DNA from: a virus
DNA: 36,778 nt
Strand: one strand, 5' to 3'
IMG/VR virus record: IMGVR_UViG_3300045988_162097
Location: 1-36,778 of that record
Part shown: piece by piece, positions 1 through 7,232 of the stretch
How positions within the stretch are numbered: position 1 is the stretch's first letter
How the letters are laid out: the number at the start of each line of letters is the position of its first letter
Notes under the pieces: model-generated
The model's input: the letters and a program-made list of their open reading frames with translations, nothing else
Told to the model about the DNA's origin: nothing
The model's database searches: none
Program-made: the position numbers and the translations under genes

Positions 1-55
1 AAGAACTTGCTAGTGCACTGGAATGGTTGAAAGAACACGCAGAGCCTGGTGCTGC
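1..55. repeat. Exact terminal duplication of the window (1..55 identical to 36724..36778). This is the signature of a circular or circularly permuted genome assembly
   Basis: The first ~55 nt (aagaacttgctagtgcactggaatggttgaaagaacacgcagagcctggtgctgc) recur verbatim at the 3' end. An ORF is continuous across the junction. Confidence 0.9.
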
Positions 56-77
56 TGGTAGAGTGGAGGGAGTCTGA
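1..77 (+). CDS. 3' end of the small coiled-coil protein gene that starts at 36538 (wraps across the window junction). Stop TGA at 75-77
   Basis: Frame 3 is open from position 3 to TGA 75-77 and continues the 36538 ORF (…ELASALEWLKEHAEPGAAGRVEGV*). Confidence 0.55.
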   Translation, partial: ELASALEWLKEHAEPGAAGRVEGV

Positions 78-128
78 ATGATGAAAAAATACAGAGCCAT
101 TAAAGCACCCGGTGTTTTAATGTGTTAG
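78..128 (+). CDS. 16-codon mini-ORF (MMKKYRAIKAPGVLMC). It is either a translational-coupling linker ORF or the severed N-terminus of the downstream holin-like gene
   Basis: Strong SD GGAGGG at 66-71, 6 nt before ATG 78. Its ATG overlaps the upstream stop (TGAATG) and its stop TAG 126-128 overlaps GTG 122 of the next gene. A basic N-terminus like this is typical of holin N-termini. Confidence 0.3.
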   Translation: MMKKYRAIKAPGVLMC

Positions 129-532
129 CTCCATGGATATCAGACGCAGTATTAATTGCCTTAATTGGTGGCACAGTCAGTGTAGTCACTGCGTATATGT
201 CCAATCAAGCAAAAAAGAACGCTGACGATATTCTTCGGGAGCTGTCTAAAATGGCCGGGCACATCGAAGAAGTGAAAGCGGAAGTTGCGGAATCAAAAAA
301 AGAAATAAAGGAAGTGAAAGGCATCGGATTGGATAATCGCGGCGGTATCAAGAATACACAGCGTTATCGTCTTTATGCCGATATGAAGGCAGAGCTGCAA
401 CGTGGCTACACTACTGTAAGCCATGCTGCAGAAATTGGTAAGTTGTTCGAGTCTTATACTCACTTAGGTGGGAACGGTGAGATTCAGGACTTACATTCAT
501 TATATTTAAAATTACCGGTTAAACCGGACTAA
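122..532 (+). CDS. Holin-like or lysis-associated membrane protein (one N-terminal TM helix, coiled-coil C-terminal part)
   Basis: Hydrophobic segment WISDAVLIALIGGTVSVVTAYM at the N-terminus. It sits immediately upstream of holin and endolysin. GTG start has no SD of its own (coupled to the mini-ORF). Confidence 0.45.
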   Translation: MLAPWISDAVLIALIGGTVSVVTAYMSNQAKKNADDILRELSKMAGHIEEVKAEVAESKKEIKEVKGIGLDNRGGIKNTQRYRLYADMKAELQRGYTTVSHAAEIGKLFESYTHLGGNGEIQDLHSLYLKLPVKPD

Positions 533-553
533 TCAGAAAAGGGGTTTTTTAAT

Positions 554-910
554 ATGCCAAATTTATATGATTCATTAATTCAAGGTGTTGTAAGTGTTCT
601 TGGAGTTCTAATTGCTATTTTATTCACGGGGCTTCGTGGATATCTGCAGACTAAAGCTGACGAGTTGAAAACTAAGACCGAAGCTCGCAATTATGACCTT
701 GCTAAAAATATTGTAACTACAGTAGTGGGTGCGGTTGAGCAAATCTTCCGACATGTATCTGATGCAGGTGGCAAAGAAAAATTCGAAGCTGCAGAGCGCC
801 AGGTTATCGCTGAGCTAGAAAAAGCCGGCATCCACTTGGACGCTGATTCTCGCAAATCATTAATTGAAGCAGCTGTTAATGGCATCAACTCATTAAAAGA
901 TATTCAGTAA
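554..910 (+). CDS. Holin (small membrane protein, N-terminal TM)
   Basis: 118 aa with TM segment LIQGVVSVLGVLIAILFTGL and a charged C-terminus. Directly precedes the endolysin. RBS AAAAGGGG 9 nt upstream. Confidence 0.55.
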   Translation: MPNLYDSLIQGVVSVLGVLIAILFTGLRGYLQTKADELKTKTEARNYDLAKNIVTTVVGAVEQIFRHVSDAGGKEKFEAAERQVIAELEKAGIHLDADSRKSLIEAAVNGINSLKDIQ

Positions 911-957
911 TTAAAATCGGGAGCTGCGCTGCGGCTCCTTAATTTATGGAGGTTTAT

Positions 958-1839
958 ATGGTTACAGTAAAAGAAGTGCTTGATTTTTATAAATATCTAG
1001 CGGATAACGGTTTAGGTGTCGACAACGATGGAGCTTACGGCTACCAATGCGCGGATGTTCCAGCTTACCTGGCATACCACTATTTCGGCAAGTGGCTTTG
1101 GGGTAATGCGATTAATTTATTAGACTCTGCAAAAGCGCAAGGATTCGAGGTCGTATATGAGGGGCCTGGGGTCAAGGCGAAAGCTGGGGACATTTTTGTC
1201 ATGGAAGTTCCAGGGTCGCCTTATGGGCACACTGGTCTAGTCATCGAGGATTCAGATGGATACACTCTGAAAACCATTGAGCAGAATATTGACGGGAATT
1301 GGGACTACTTAGAAGTAGGCGGTCCAGCTCGTTATAATACACGCTTATATAATGGCATGGTCGGATACATCCGTTTCCCTTACGGGGTGGCAGAAACTCC
1401 GGAAGTGAAGGAGGGCTGGGTCAAGGATGATGCGGGATGGTGGTATCGTAACCAGGACGGGTCATATCCTAAGAACCAATGGAAGACCATCGGGGGCAAT
1501 CTGTTCCGCTTCGATGGCAATGGTTACATTTTAGAGAACCAATGGTTTAAGGACGAAGAGGACGGTCATTGGTACTGGCTTCGCGAAGGCGGCTATATGG
1601 CAACCGGTTGGGTCTACATTGGGGAGTCATGGTACTTCTTTAACTCTGACGGGTCCATGAAGACCGGCTGGGTTTCTTACTTCGACAAATGGTACTATCT
1701 CAAAGAAGAGAACGGGGCCATGATTTCTGAAGAAGTTCGCAATGTGGACGGGTCCTGGTATTATTTCAATAAATCCGGCGAAATGCTAAACAAGGCAGCC
1801 GTGTATGTAGATGATTCAGGTCGTATGCATTTTAAATAA
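958..1839 (+). CDS. Endolysin: N-terminal CHAP peptidase/amidase domain plus C-terminal choline-binding (CW_binding_1) repeats
   Basis: CHAP-like motifs ([13 protein letters not shown]…GHTGLV). The C-terminus has at least 6 aromatic ~20-aa repeats ([42 protein letters not shown]) typical of choline-binding modules. ATG 946 is part of the SD (ATGGAGG), so the start is placed at ATG 958. Confidence 0.85.
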   Translation: MVTVKEVLDFYKYLADNGLGVDNDGAYGYQCADVPAYLAYHYFGKWLWGNAINLLDSAKAQGFEVVYEGPGVKAKAGDIFVMEVPGSPYGHTGLVIEDSDGYTLKTIEQNIDGNWDYLEVGGPARYNTRLYNGMVGYIRFPYGVAETPEVKEGWVKDDAGWWYRNQDGSYPKNQWKTIGGNLFRFDGNGYILENQWFKDEEDGHWYWLREGGYMATGWVYIGESWYFFNSDGSMKTGWVSYFDKWYYLKEENGAMISEEVRNVDGSWYYFNKSGEMLNKAAVYVDDSGRMHFK

Positions 1840-1849
1840 AAAAAATCGT

Positions 1850-1883
1850 GTGGGTCGCTCCAAGTGGGCGGCCCCCTTTTTTA
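1850..1883 (+). terminator. Rho-independent terminator closing the late/lysis operon
   Basis: Imperfect GC-rich hairpin (gggtcgctcc…gggcggcccc) followed by TTTTTT directly after the endolysin stop. Confidence 0.5.
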
Positions 1884-1932
1884 TGCTCTCATTTCACGCT
1901 GCGTGACCGCTGTGAGATTTTACCTGGTCCGG

Positions 1933-1946
1933 CATGTGTTTACATG
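1933..1946. promoter_or_regulatory. Palindrome CATGTGTTTACATG. Candidate operator sharing the ATGTAAAC core with both early promoters
   Basis: Perfect inverted repeat CATGT/ACATG. The core GTTTACAT is the reverse complement of the ATGTAAAC found inside both early promoter spacers (2061-2068, 2932-2939). Confidence 0.35.
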
Positions 1947-2051
1947 TTCAGGGTCCTATCGAGCAAATAGGCGCGTTTTTGGACCAATTATCTATACATA
2001 ATATAGAAGCAAAAAAATAAAAAAATAATTTGAATTTATGTCAATTATCTG

Positions 2052-2080
2052 TTGACAAAAATGTAAACCAGAGTTATTAT
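2052..2080 (+). promoter_or_regulatory. Early promoter P1: -35 TTGACA, 17-nt spacer containing ATGTAAAC, -10 TATTAT
   Basis: Near-consensus sigma-A promoter. It lies at the start of the first gene block after the late operon terminator. Confidence 0.55.
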
Positions 2081-2091
2081 ATAGACAGTGA

Positions 2092-2105
2092 AGGGGACGA
2101 CCCCT
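2092..2105 (+). promoter_or_regulatory. 5'-leader stem-loop AGGGG-ACGA-CCCCT of the early transcript, immediately before the SD
   Basis: 5-bp GC stem. The paralogous leader at 2963-2980 keeps a 5-bp stem at the same position with different sequence (compensatory). Confidence 0.4.
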
Positions 2106-2126
2106 ACTAAAGGAGGAAAAAAGAAA

Positions 2127-2666
2127 ATGATTGATTATGTTACAGATATGGAGCGTATGTTGGAATTGATGGAAGACTACGTTGAGGAATACGAAGGCAC
2201 ACCAATTGAAAAAGAAATCGCTGAGTTCTATCGTGTGGCAGTTGAATTATCTGAGCACCAATACTTAAGCGAACAAGAAGCCTACGAAGCAGTTAAGCGT
2301 GTCTTACACGACCAAGAAGGTCTAGTGAGCAGCAATTGGAAAATGAAGGACCGCATGAAAAGTGAAAAAATGGCAAAAGCTGACAAAGTCATGAAAGAAA
2401 TTAAAAGCCTAGTTAGCAATGCACGAATCGAATTATCAAAGAAAGTATTTGACGCTAATAATGGCATGAACGGCAATTTCTTCTATCAAGCATCTAACTA
2501 CTTATACAAATTAACTACTCGCTTAGATGGAGCTACTAGCCTAATGAATGAAAAAGAAATCGATGAGTTGCATATCGTGCGCCGCCTGTCTGAGTACTTG
2601 AAGGATGCGAAGGAAGACTGTAAAAACCTAATGTACTATACAACTAGAATGGAGGAATATAAGTAA
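2127..2666 (+). CDS. First early protein, unknown function. Strongly acidic N-terminal ~60 aa, Lys-rich C-terminal half
   Basis: ORF with SD AAAGGAGG 10 nt upstream of ATG 2127 (track start 2088 lacks an RBS). No recognisable domain. Confidence 0.6.
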   Translation: MIDYVTDMERMLELMEDYVEEYEGTPIEKEIAEFYRVAVELSEHQYLSEQEAYEAVKRVLHDQEGLVSSNWKMKDRMKSEKMAKADKVMKEIKSLVSNARIELSKKVFDANNGMNGNFFYQASNYLYKLTTRLDGATSLMNEKEIDELHIVRRLSEYLKDAKEDCKNLMYYTTRMEEYK

Positions 2667-2926
2667 TGACTAATATTTATAATGAGTTTAGAACCAAAAC
2701 CGTAGCACAAATAAATGATATAATCGAGCATTATTTGGTGCTCGGTGCCTTCGAAGAGATAGAGGTGGCCGCAGGGTACGGTTCCTACGGTCAGCGCCTA
2801 TGCCAGCATGAAGGGGAGTGCAATGAGTACTTTGAGGATAAGTTGGTTGAGGTCATTGATAGAGTGAATGTATGGCATGGACGAACTTACATAAAAAAGT
2901 TTACTAAAATTCAAGATAATAGTTGA
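2666..2926 (+). CDS. Hypothetical early protein (86 aa, CQHEGEC motif)
   Basis: ORF overlapping the upstream stop (TAATG). GGAGG 10 nt upstream. Confidence 0.5.
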   Translation: MTNIYNEFRTKTVAQINDIIEHYLVLGAFEEIEVAAGYGSYGQRLCQHEGECNEYFEDKLVEVIDRVNVWHGRTYIKKFTKIQDNS

Positions 2927-2951
2927 CTATTATGTAAACGAGAGTTGTTAT
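2923..2951 (+). promoter_or_regulatory. Early promoter P2 (diverged duplicate of P1): -35 TTGACT, 17-nt spacer with ATGTAAAC, -10 TGTTAT. Followed by leader hairpin AGGAC…GTCCT (2963-2980)
   Basis: About 80 nt alignable with the P1 region (TTGAC-ATGTAAAC-AGAGTT-TTATATAG-AGTGAAGG). Confidence 0.45.
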
Positions 2952-3002
2952 ATAGGTAGTGAAGGACCGGTAAATGTCCTAGCGGAAGGGGAAAAAGAAA
3001 AA

Positions 3003-3437
3003 ATGATTATTACTAAAAAATTAGCGAAGGAAATCTTCCAAGGGAATTTTAAAAATATTGATTGGAACCAATTGCAAATTGAAAAACTCGGTAACGATAA
3101 GTACATGCATTCAAGAAATTGTTTCCCACCACGTGTCGATTTGTTGGAGGTTTTATATTATAGACCAGAGTTCATTACTAATAAAGAATTCGATAAATTG
3201 ACAAGCATGCACATCGTATATCTTCCAGGAAAGCGCAAAATCCTAAAAGGTAAAAAATACTATGAATATACGGATGTACTATCAATGCGAAAAATGCCCG
3301 ATTGTAAATATCATTTATTAATCCAACGTTGCAAAGCAGAAAGATTCAGAGCTGATTGCAATTTTAACTTTGACAAACCAACCCGTGAATTGCTACTCAA
3401 TAGAATGGCAAAAATGGACGACCGCTTTGGATTCTAA
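3003..3437 (+). CDS. Hypothetical early protein (144 aa, basic, AT-rich gene)
   Basis: ORF with SD GGAAGGGG upstream. No recognisable domain. Confidence 0.55.
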   Translation: MIITKKLAKEIFQGNFKNIDWNQLQIEKLGNDKYMHSRNCFPPRVDLLEVLYYRPEFITNKEFDKLTSMHIVYLPGKRKILKGKKYYEYTDVLSMRKMPDCKYHLLIQRCKAERFRADCNFNFDKPTRELLLNRMAKMDDRFGF

Positions 3438-3447
3438 AAATTATACA

Positions 3448-3705
3448 ATGAAAGGGGGTGAGCGTTTGAGCAGTGTTACTTTTAAACCATTTGACGACTT
3501 GATTCAAAATTCCGGCTTGAAGTTGGACGCGGTAGCCAGCCGCATGGATGTGAGCCGTCAGCGTTTATACGAGTTCAGAAAAGACCCAGTTTGTATGAGC
3601 GTGGACCAGTTGAAAAAGATGGCGGATATATTAGGAGTGGAATTCGCGGACATGTATAATCTGCGTGAAGCGTACCAAAATGAAACAAAAAAGGAGACCC
3701 TATGA
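3448..3705 (+). CDS. XRE-family helix-turn-helix transcriptional regulator (Cro-like early regulator)
   Basis: HTH_XRE-like motif (LKLDAVASRMDVSRQRLYEFRKDP…SVDQLKKMADILGVEF). The start is probably ATG 3448 or TTG 3466 after AAAGGGGG. The track ORF begins at 3370 inside the upstream gene. Confidence 0.6.
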   Translation: MKGGERLSSVTFKPFDDLIQNSGLKLDAVASRMDVSRQRLYEFRKDPVCMSVDQLKKMADILGVEFADMYNLREAYQNETKKETL

Positions 3706-3935
3706 TGCGAAACAAAAAACACAGAAAAGTTAAAATTCAAATGAAGTATTTTATACCTTACCTAATGACCTGGTATATCATATTTTTTGGAGCCATTGTT
3801 GCAATACTGGCATGCGCTGTCTATATCAATAAAGCGATTGTGCAGAAAGATGCGATAATACAGAAGCATATCGATGGTACTTATGTAGAGCCGGATTTCG
3901 TGGACTCTTGGGGTCAAGCAAAAAAACAAAAATAA
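3702..3935 (+). CDS. Small membrane protein (one TM)
   Basis: 77 aa with hydrophobic helix YFIPYLMTWYIIFFGAIVAILACAVYI. SD AAGGAG upstream. Confidence 0.5.
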   Translation: MMRNKKHRKVKIQMKYFIPYLMTWYIIFFGAIVAILACAVYINKAIVQKDAIIQKHIDGTYVEPDFVDSWGQAKKQK

Positions 3936-3950
3936 AAGGAGTGTTTACCT

Positions 3951-4157
3951 ATGCCACCACAAGCAATTAAATTTATTAAAAGTATTTTAACTGAAATGAA
4001 AAAAGATTATATTTCAATGGATGAAGCGATTTTAGCATTGAGAGCATTATCTGGAACTTTTGAGTTCACTACAGTAAGTCTCGGGATGAAATTAGAGAAG
4101 TGCGATTTGGATAAATTGATTAAAAGGTTCAATTCTGAATTGGAGGGCTCTGAATGA
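3951..4157 (+). CDS. Hypothetical small protein, paralog A of a tandem pair
   Basis: 68 aa. The alignable pattern is detailed in the 3951-4345 finding. SD AAAGGAG. Confidence 0.55.
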   Translation: MPPQAIKFIKSILTEMKKDYISMDEAILALRALSGTFEFTTVSLGMKLEKCDLDKLIKRFNSELEGSE

Positions 4158-4345
4158 CTATCGGTGAGTTTCGAGTAGTGAAAGCCATTTTTTATTCAAT
4201 AAAAGAGGGCACTCTTAGTAATAGAGAAGCTATTAAAGTATTAGTTTCAGTGACTAAAGCACTAATTACTTTCACTGAAGTTCTTGAGCTAGAAGTAAAA
4301 AATATGGAACTTAATGAATTAATAAAAAATTTGGATATAAAATAA
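4154..4345 (+). CDS. Hypothetical small protein, paralog B of a tandem pair
   Basis: 63 aa. Start overlaps the upstream stop (ATGA). Similar to the preceding gene. Confidence 0.55.
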   Translation: MTIGEFRVVKAIFYSIKEGTLSNREAIKVLVSVTKALITFTEVLELEVKNMELNELIKNLDIK

Positions 4346-4349
4346 AGGA

Positions 4350-4739
4350 GTGTTATCTGTGACAAAAACGATCAATTTTATGGATTTTAATGTGGATGAG
4401 TTCCACAAAAAAATGATGAATGCAGAAGGGTATAAAAAAGAACTATATGCCACTATGCGCTGCCTAATCGGTGAGACCTGGTTAAATGGTTCAAATTGGA
4501 ACTCTGAGGATGAAGGAGCCGGGCTGCTTGAAATGTTGGAGTTCATGGAGGAGCTATGCCATTATAATAGAATCATGGCCGAGTACCTATTAGAAAAAAT
4601 GGACGCTGACGAAGCGCTTGCTCATTTAAGAATGAAATCTCGCAAATTCTTCATTGAAACCACTTGTCCTAATGAAGCTAATTATATGAAGCGTATGTTT
4701 TCTAGAGTAGACGAAGAAGTAAACGAAGTGCTAGGTTAA
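4350..4739 (+). CDS. Hypothetical protein (129 aa)
   Basis: ORF with GTG start after AAGGAG. No recognisable domain. Confidence 0.5.
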   Translation: MLSVTKTINFMDFNVDEFHKKMMNAEGYKKELYATMRCLIGETWLNGSNWNSEDEGAGLLEMLEFMEELCHYNRIMAEYLLEKMDADEALAHLRMKSRKFFIETTCPNEANYMKRMFSRVDEEVNEVLG

Positions 4740-4754
4740 TGGAAGGAGTGCACC

Positions 4755-6062
4755 ATGGCCGTTAAAATTAATAAATTAGAAATCGAAAATGTTAAGCGTG
4801 TAAAAGCCGTAATGATTGAGCCTACTGCTAACGGGCTGACTATCTTGGGCGGCAATAATAACCAAGGTAAAACCAGTGTGTTGGATTCCATCGCTTGGGC
4901 ATTGGGTGGTAACAAATTCAAACCTAGCAAACCTACCCGTGAAGGGTCCATGAATCCACCAAGCCTACGAGTGGAGCTTTCTAATGGTCTAATCGTGGAG
5001 CGTAAGGGTAAGAACTCAGATTTGAAAGTGACGGACCCATCGGGTGGTCGTGCTGGTCAGCAATTGCTCGATTCATTCGTTGAGGAGTTCGCTTTGAATT
5101 TGCCCAAGTTCATGGAGTCTACTCCAAAAGAAAAAGCAGCGACCTTGCTGCGCATCATCGGTGTAGGTGATAAGCTCTATGCTCTAGATACGAAAGAAGC
5201 GCAGCTCTATAATGAGCGATTGACTATCGGTCGTGTAGCGGACCAAAAGAAAAAGTTTGCAGCCGAACAGCCGCAGTACCCGGAAGCGCCGAACGACTTG
5301 GTCAGCATTGCCGACCTTATTACGGAGCAGCAGACCATCCTTGCTCGCAATGGTGAGAATGCTCAGAAGCGTTTGAACCAGGAAAAAATCAAGAATGATT
5401 TGCATCAGTCTGAAGCACGCCTGGCTCAGTTGAAGGAGGCCCTTGCTGCAGAAGAAGCTGTTCACGATAAGTTGTTTGGTGATTACGTAATCGCCAATAA
5501 AGCAATCGAGGACCTAGTTGATGAATCAACCGCAGAACTTGAGCAGTCAATTGCTGATATCGAAGAAATCAACCGCAAGGTCCGCGCAAACCTTGATAAA
5601 GCAAAAGCAGAAGAAGATGCTGCGGAATTCGCTACTAAGTATGAAGCGCTAAGCGTTGAAATTCAGAAAGTTAGGGACGAGCGTTCACAGTTGCTCGAAA
5701 GTGCCGACCTTCCATTACCTGGTCTATCCGTGGAAGATGGCGAGCTAGTGTTCGAAGGTCAAAAGTGGGACAACATGTCCGGCTCTCAGCAGCTTAGAAT
5801 CTCGACAGCTATTGTTAGAAAATTGAAACCGGATTGCGGTTTCGTGTTACTTGATAAATTAGAGCAGATGGATTTACCTACGTTAACCGAGTTTGGTCAA
5901 TGGCTCGAAAGTGTGGGACTCCAAGCAATCGCCACTCGCGTATCAAGCGGCGAGGAGTGCCAGATTATTATCGAGGATGGATATGTAAAAAGTGATACTG
6001 TGACCCCTTTCCAAAACCCAGCACCTATCGCACCAGGTAAGGATTGGACACAGGACTTTTAA
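4755..6062 (+). CDS. SMC/RecF/SbcC-like AAA ATPase (AAA_23-type) of the replication/recombination module
   Basis: N-terminal P-loop GGNNNQGKTS, long central coiled coil, C-terminal ABC signature-like SGSQQ and D-loop region. Precedes Sak4 as in known Sak4 modules. Confidence 0.7.
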   Translation: MAVKINKLEIENVKRVKAVMIEPTANGLTILGGNNNQGKTSVLDSIAWALGGNKFKPSKPTREGSMNPPSLRVELSNGLIVERKGKNSDLKVTDPSGGRAGQQLLDSFVEEFALNLPKFMESTPKEKAATLLRIIGVGDKLYALDTKEAQLYNERLTIGRVADQKKKFAAEQPQYPEAPNDLVSIADLITEQQTILARNGENAQKRLNQEKIKNDLHQSEARLAQLKEALAAEEAVHDKLFGDYVIANKAIEDLVDESTAELEQSIADIEEINRKVRANLDKAKAEEDAAEFATKYEALSVEIQKVRDERSQLLESADLPLPGLSVEDGELVFEGQKWDNMSGSQQLRISTAIVRKLKPDCGFVLLDKLEQMDLPTLTEFGQWLESVGLQAIATRVSSGEECQIIIEDGYVKSDTVTPFQNPAPIAPGKDWTQDF

Positions 6063-6085
6063 AAAATAGAAAGGAGTAAAAATCT

Positions 6086-7228
6086 ATGGAATTTACAATA
6101 ACAAAAGGAAAGCAGGCCCGTGCTCAGCGAGTCGTAATATATGGAACCGAAGGAATCGGTAAGTCGACCTTTGCTGCGCAATTCCCGGACCCGCTTTTTA
6201 TTGACACGGAAGGGTCCACATCAAATATGGATGTAAAGCGCCTAGATAAACCAACCAGTTGGATGATGCTTATGAATCAAATTGCGTTTGTAAAGGTGAA
6301 TCCTGGCTGCTGCAAAACCCTAGTAATTGACACCATTGATTGGGCGGAGCAGTTATGTGTGGAGCATGTTTGCGCGTTCCATGGTAAGAAAGGTATCGAG
6401 GACTTCGGGTATGGTAACGGCTATACGTATGTACGCGAAGAAATGGGCCGCTTACTGAACAAGCTGCAGGAGCTGGTGGACTCTGGGGTCCATGTCGTGT
6501 TGACCGCTCACTCGCAGTTGCGCAAATTTGAACGCCCTGAAGAAGAGGGAGCTTATGACCGCTACGAGTTGAAGCTCGGGAAAAAAACCGGCTCTCAAAC
6601 TTCCCCGTTGATTAAGGAGTGGGCTGATATCGTCTTATTCTGTAATTACCAGTTAATGGTCGTTAAATCTGAAAATAAAAAGGCGAAAGCATACGGAGGC
6701 GAGCGATTCATGTATACTACTCACCACCCAGCTTGGGACGCGAAAAATCGCCACGGTCTAGCTCCGAAGTTACCAATGGATTACCGTCAAATTGCGCATA
6801 TCTTCGAAGCGCCAGCTCAGCCTGCTCATCCTGTAGAAGAAATGCCACAGCTAATGAAAGCTGCAGAACCAATCCAGGAAGCTGCGCCGGTCGTTACGGG
6901 TCCAGTCACTCCAGTACAGGAAGCCATTGCATCAGTGGATACAGTCATACAAGCTGCAGGTCCAACAGAGCCAGTTACAAGTGACCCGTTTCCAGAATCT
7001 CCCGTCACGATCGATGTGCCAGATATCATTCCAGCCTCTCTGAAGGACTTAATGCTTCAGTACTCAGTTACAGTTGATGAGCTGCAACTCATGGCATTCA
7101 CTCGTGGTCATTTTCCAAAAGATACGCCGATTGAGAATTTTCCACAGGAATACTTGGGCGCTATCGTCAGCCATTGGCCAAAAACCATTGAAGAAATTAT
7201 GAAAAATAGAAAAATGAAAGAGGTATAA
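6086..7228 (+). CDS. Sak4-like RecA-fold ATPase (AAA_24 family) with a ~150-aa Pro-rich C-terminal extension
   Basis: Walker A GTEGIGKST, and VVLTAHS. The C-terminal third is low-complexity and P/A/V/E-rich. Confidence 0.7.
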   Translation: MEFTITKGKQARAQRVVIYGTEGIGKSTFAAQFPDPLFIDTEGSTSNMDVKRLDKPTSWMMLMNQIAFVKVNPGCCKTLVIDTIDWAEQLCVEHVCAFHGKKGIEDFGYGNGYTYVREEMGRLLNKLQELVDSGVHVVLTAHSQLRKFERPEEEGAYDRYELKLGKKTGSQTSPLIKEWADIVLFCNYQLMVVKSENKKAKAYGGERFMYTTHHPAWDAKNRHGLAPKLPMDYRQIAHIFEAPAQPAHPVEEMPQLMKAAEPIQEAAPVVTGPVTPVQEAIASVDTVIQAAGPTEPVTSDPFPESPVTIDVPDIIPASLKDLMLQYSVTVDELQLMAFTRGHFPKDTPIENFPQEYLGAIVSHWPKTIEEIMKNRKMKEV

Positions 7229-7232
7229 AATT

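Noticed and set aside
910-957. Hairpin GGAGC-tgcgctgcg-GCTCC between holin and endolysin
   Set aside because: No following T-tract. It overlaps the endolysin SD region and is probably just local secondary structure, not a terminator.
2091-2099. 9-mer GGGGACGAC shared between the early leader (2093-2101) and the scaffold upstream region (24474-24482)
   Set aside because: A single 9-mer coincidence in 36.8 kb is near chance expectation. No surrounding similarity.
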